DNA of 29,458 bases, from positions 1 through 29,458 of the forward strand of contig JALRJW010000176.1 in the NCBI GenBank assembly GCA_023268955.1, read 5' to 3'. Made by a program: the position numbers and the translations under genes. Below the pieces are notes generated by a model. That model worked only from the letters and a program-made list of their open reading frames with translations, did no database searches and was not told the DNA's origin. Within the stretch, counting starts at the first letter, position 1. Every line of letters starts with the position of its first letter. Positions 26,784-29,458 of the stretch are shown piece after piece. This stretch comes from Aliarcobacter sp. (GTDB lineage: Bacteria > Campylobacterota > Campylobacteria > Campylobacterales > Arcobacteraceae).

Positions 26784-26792
26784 TGATATAAT
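26784..26792 (+). promoter_or_regulatory. Extended -10 for the thioesterase gene (TGATATAAT)
   Basis: Exact TGnTATAAT about 100 nt upstream of the TTG at 26892. Confidence 0.55.
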
Positions 26793-26891
26793 TAGACAAC
26801 ATTATTATGCACTTAACTTACAAAGATTGATGTTCAATTTCTTTGCATAGTTCAGGGACAAATGCACAATAATTGTACATAAAGGATAAAT

Positions 26892-27350
26892 TTGAATTTA
26901 GAAAAAATAAAAAAACTTGAATGTAAAATTCATGATGAAATTCCAATGACAAGACTTATGAATCTTGAATTAAAAGAAATAAATGAAAATTTTTTAACTA
27001 CTACTGCTCCATTAGATATAAATATAAATGACAAAGGAAGTGCATTTGGTGGAAGTTTAGCTTCAATAACTATTATTTCCTCTTGGTGTTTAGCAAGACT
27101 TATCGCAAATGATTTAGGATATGAAGATTTTGATATTTTAATAATCAAAAATGAAAGCTCATTTTCAAAACAAGTTTTAAAACAAATTGTTTGTGAATGC
27201 ACAATTCCTACACAAAAAGAGATTAATATTTTAAAAGAAAAATTAACTACTAAAGGAAGTGCATCTCTAAAAATTTCTGCAAAAATAATTGAAGATGGAA
27301 ATATTTGTATGAATTTTGATGGAATTTATGTAATTAAACAAAAAGATTAA
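26892..27350 (+). CDS. YiiD C-terminal-type hot-dog thioesterase (TTG start)
   Basis: IHDEIPMT..M, APLDININDKGSAFGGSL; SD AAAGGA. Confidence 0.85.
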   Translation: MNLEKIKKLECKIHDEIPMTRLMNLELKEINENFLTTTAPLDININDKGSAFGGSLASITIISSWCLARLIANDLGYEDFDILIIKNESSFSKQVLKQIVCECTIPTQKEINILKEKLTTKGSASLKISAKIIEDGNICMNFDGIYVIKQKD

Positions 27351-27373
27351 AACAACTAAATTGATGTTCATGA

Positions 27374-27407
27374 AAAGAAATTGAAGGTTAAAACCTTCAA
27401 TTTCTTT
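27374..27407. terminator. Bidirectional terminator between the thioesterase gene and yebC
   Basis: AAAGAAATTGAAGG-ttaaaa-CCTTCAATTTCTTT, perfect 14-bp stem between converging genes. Confidence 0.85.
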
Positions 27408-27415
27408 AATCTAAA

Positions 27416-28123
27416 TTAAGCGATGTTTGTATAAACAGCTTGAACATCATCATCATCTTCAAGCTTTTCTAATAATTTTCCAATGTCATCTTGTTGAGCT
27501 TCTGTGAATTCTTGAGGATTATTTGGAATTCTTTTTAGTTCAGCTTTTGTTAATGAAATTCCTAACTCTTCAAATTTATGGTTCATATTTCCAAAATCAG
27601 TATATTCAGCAATAGCGATGCATACACCATCTTGCTCTTCAATTTCTTCTAAACCAGCGTCAATTAACTCTAACTCTAATTCTTCTAATTCCATATCAGG
27701 TTTAGTAAATTCAAAAATCGCTTTTCTATCAAAGAAAAACTCTAAAGAACCAGTTGGAACAACTTGACCACCATTTTTATTGAAATGCATTTTTACATTT
27801 GCTACTGTTCTTGTATTGTTATCTGTTGCTGTTTCAACAAAAATTAAAACACCATGAGGCCCTTTTCCTTCAAAATTTACATCTGAATAATTTGCGGCAT
27901 CTTTACCTGTTGCTCTTTTAATTGCTGCATCAATATTTGTTTTAGGCATATTTTCAGATTTTGCATTTAAGATAGCTGTTCTTAAAGCAGAGTTCATTTC
28001 AGGATCTCCACCTCCTGATTTAGCTGCCATTTCAATAGCTTTAGCAAGTTTAGGGAAAACTCTAGACATAGCTCCCCATCTTTTCATCTTAGCTGCTTTT
28101 CTATATTCAAATGCTCTACCCAT
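27416..28123 (-). CDS. yebC: YebC/PmpR family protein
   Basis: [50 protein letters not shown]. Confidence 0.95.
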   Translation of the reverse strand: MGRAFEYRKAAKMKRWGAMSRVFPKLAKAIEMAAKSGGGDPEMNSALRTAILNAKSENMPKTNIDAAIKRATGKDAANYSDVNFEGKGPHGVLIFVETATDNNTRTVANVKMHFNKNGGQVVPTGSLEFFFDRKAIFEFTKPDMELEELELELIDAGLEEIEEQDGVCIAIAEYTDFGNMNHKFEELGISLTKAELKRIPNNPQEFTEAQQDDIGKLLEKLEDDDDVQAVYTNIA

Positions 28124-28159
28124 TCTATCTCCGATTAATTAATAATTAAATTTTCGCGC

Positions 28160-28168
28160 ATTATATCA
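28160..28168 (-). promoter_or_regulatory. Extended -10 for yebC (TGATATAAT) followed by GCGCG
   Basis: Exact TGnTATAAT 36 nt upstream of the ATG; SD GGAG. Confidence 0.65.
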
Positions 28169-28269
28169 AGTTTGCAATAAATCTTTCTTTTAAGTGAAAT
28201 AATCTATTTAAACATTTTCTTCACAATAATTAAATATAATATTAAAAAATTTAAGAAACGGATTGTAAA

Positions 28270-29067
28270 TTGACAAGAAAATTACTTATTACTTTAACTA
28301 TAATTTTTTCACTTCAAAACCTAAATGCAAATGATTTCAAAGATTCAAATGAACCATTAAATAACAATTTTACGATTGAAGATTCATCATTTGCCAATGA
28401 ATTTAATTCTGATTCTCTTGTAGAAACATATAAAGAAGATTTTGATCCTTTAGAAGGTTATAACCGATTTATGACAGGATTTAATGATAAAGCATATGAA
28501 TATATTTTAATACCTGTTTCAAATGGTTACAGAACTGTAACACCAGAATTTTTTAGAGATGGTTTATCAAATGTACTTGATAACTTAATGTTTCCAATTA
28601 GATTTGTAAACAATATTTTGCAACTAAAATTTGAAAATTCGGGTATTGAACTTTCAAGATTTCTTATAAATTCTACAATTGGTGTGGCTGGTATTTTCGA
28701 TGTTGCTAGTTCACAATTTGATTTAAAACCCAAAAAAGAGGACTTAGGTCAAACATTAGGTCACTATGGTGTTGGTGAAGGTTTTCACCTAGTTCTACCA
28801 ATTTTAGGTCCATCTAATCTTAGAGATATTGTTGGACTAAGTTTTGATAATGTTTTAAATCCATTAAATATGTATTACGATGAAAAACTTGGATATAAAA
28901 TTCCTGATACATCTAAACAAGAGTTAATCTATAATAGTATTTATACAGTTAATGGATTACCTGAAAAAATGGATCAATATGAAGCTGTGAAAGCTGGAAC
29001 AATAGATATTTATCCGGTATTAAAAGAGTTTTACAATAAAAAAAGAGAAAAGGAAATCAATGAATAA
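28270..29067 (+). CDS. mlaA: MlaA/VacJ family protein (TTG start, no cysteine)
   Basis: DPLEGYNRFMTGFND, RFLINSTIGVAGIFDVA, EDLGQTLGHYGVGEG..LVLPILGPSNLRD. Confidence 0.93.
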   Translation: MTRKLLITLTIIFSLQNLNANDFKDSNEPLNNNFTIEDSSFANEFNSDSLVETYKEDFDPLEGYNRFMTGFNDKAYEYILIPVSNGYRTVTPEFFRDGLSNVLDNLMFPIRFVNNILQLKFENSGIELSRFLINSTIGVAGIFDVASSQFDLKPKKEDLGQTLGHYGVGEGFHLVLPILGPSNLRDIVGLSFDNVLNPLNMYYDEKLGYKIPDTSKQELIYNSIYTVNGLPEKMDQYEAVKAGTIDIYPVLKEFYNKKREKEINE

Positions 29068-29458
29068 GAATATTTTCGCAAAATTTCTACTAATTTTTGC
29101 ATTAGTAACAACGACTGTTTTTGCATTAGAAAAAGAGACTTTAAAAAGTGACATGACTAATAAAATGAATCAAGTTGTTAAAATTTTAGACAACAAAGAA
29201 TTAAATATTGAAACTAAAAATAATGAAATAATCAAAGTTATGGATGAAGTTTTTGATTACTCTTTAATGTCAAAAATTGCTTTAGGTAGAAATATCAAAA
29301 AGATTAAAGATATGGCTCAATTTAATGAATTTTCAAAAGCTTTTGAAAACTCGTTAAAAAAATCTTATTCAGATAAATTACACTTGTATGATAATCAGAA
29401 ACTTGAAATTGGTGATTTAGCTCCATATAAAAATGGAAGATTGCAACTTCAAACAAAA
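29060..29458 (+). CDS. mlaC: MlaC/Ttg2D phospholipid-binding periplasmic protein (runs off the window end)
   Basis: Not in the ORF track. ATG 29060 with SD AAGGA; MNKNIFAKFLLIFALVTTTVFA signal peptide, then FDYSLMSKIALG...F..AFENSLKKSYSDKL.LY; overlaps mlaA by 8 nt. Confidence 0.85.
   Translation, partial: MNKNIFAKFLLIFALVTTTVFALEKETLKSDMTNKMNQVVKILDNKELNIETKNNEIIKVMDEVFDYSLMSKIALGRNIKKIKDMAQFNEFSKAFENSLKKSYSDKLHLYDNQKLEIGDLAPYKNGRLQLQTK

Noticed and set aside
26930-28733. 90-aa and 68-aa minus-strand ORFs
   Set aside because: Shadows of the thioesterase gene and mlaA.
1-29458. Mobile elements, CRISPR, tRNA/rRNA, poly-G/C phase-variation tracts
   Set aside because: None seen: no transposase or integrase motifs, no regularly spaced repeats, no cloverleaf-sized GC-rich intergenic stretch and no long G/C homopolymers. 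tRNAscan-SE and Infernal would confirm.

Overview
Very AT-rich core-chromosome window from a Campylobacterota genome, most consistent with Arcobacteraceae (inference from gene order and the long lineage-type DapD, TrmB and short PriA). Gene order: leuB(partial)-leuD <-> rpoD + PAS/NtrB-like protein; hemL-ppnP-atpZ/atpI-like pair; tonB + membrane protein; rodA <-> rluD-FnIII lipoprotein-trmB-ftsE-ftsX-envC + small lipoprotein + DUF234 protein; ABC-F, dapD, priA and two small ZapA/ZapB-like genes; a small accessory block (DUF3817, DUF420, DsrE, hypothetical); acnB <-> YiiD-type thioesterase; yebC <-> mlaA-mlaC(partial). I saw no rRNA, tRNA, CRISPR array, transposase, integrase or prophage gene. 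Most of the window is housekeeping. The best candidate for an undescribed system is the gene coupled to rpoD (3520-4200), which looks like a PAS domain plus a catalytically dead NtrB-type ATP-binding domain with no His-phosphotransfer domain. Secondary leads are a short ZapB/ZapA-like pair co-transcribed with priA, a membrane-anchored pilotin-like protein after tonB, orphan AtpZ/AtpI-like genes, several candidate leaderless mRNAs and a 14-bp motif shared by the acnB and thioesterase upstream regions. All family assignments were made by eye from motifs; no database search was run.
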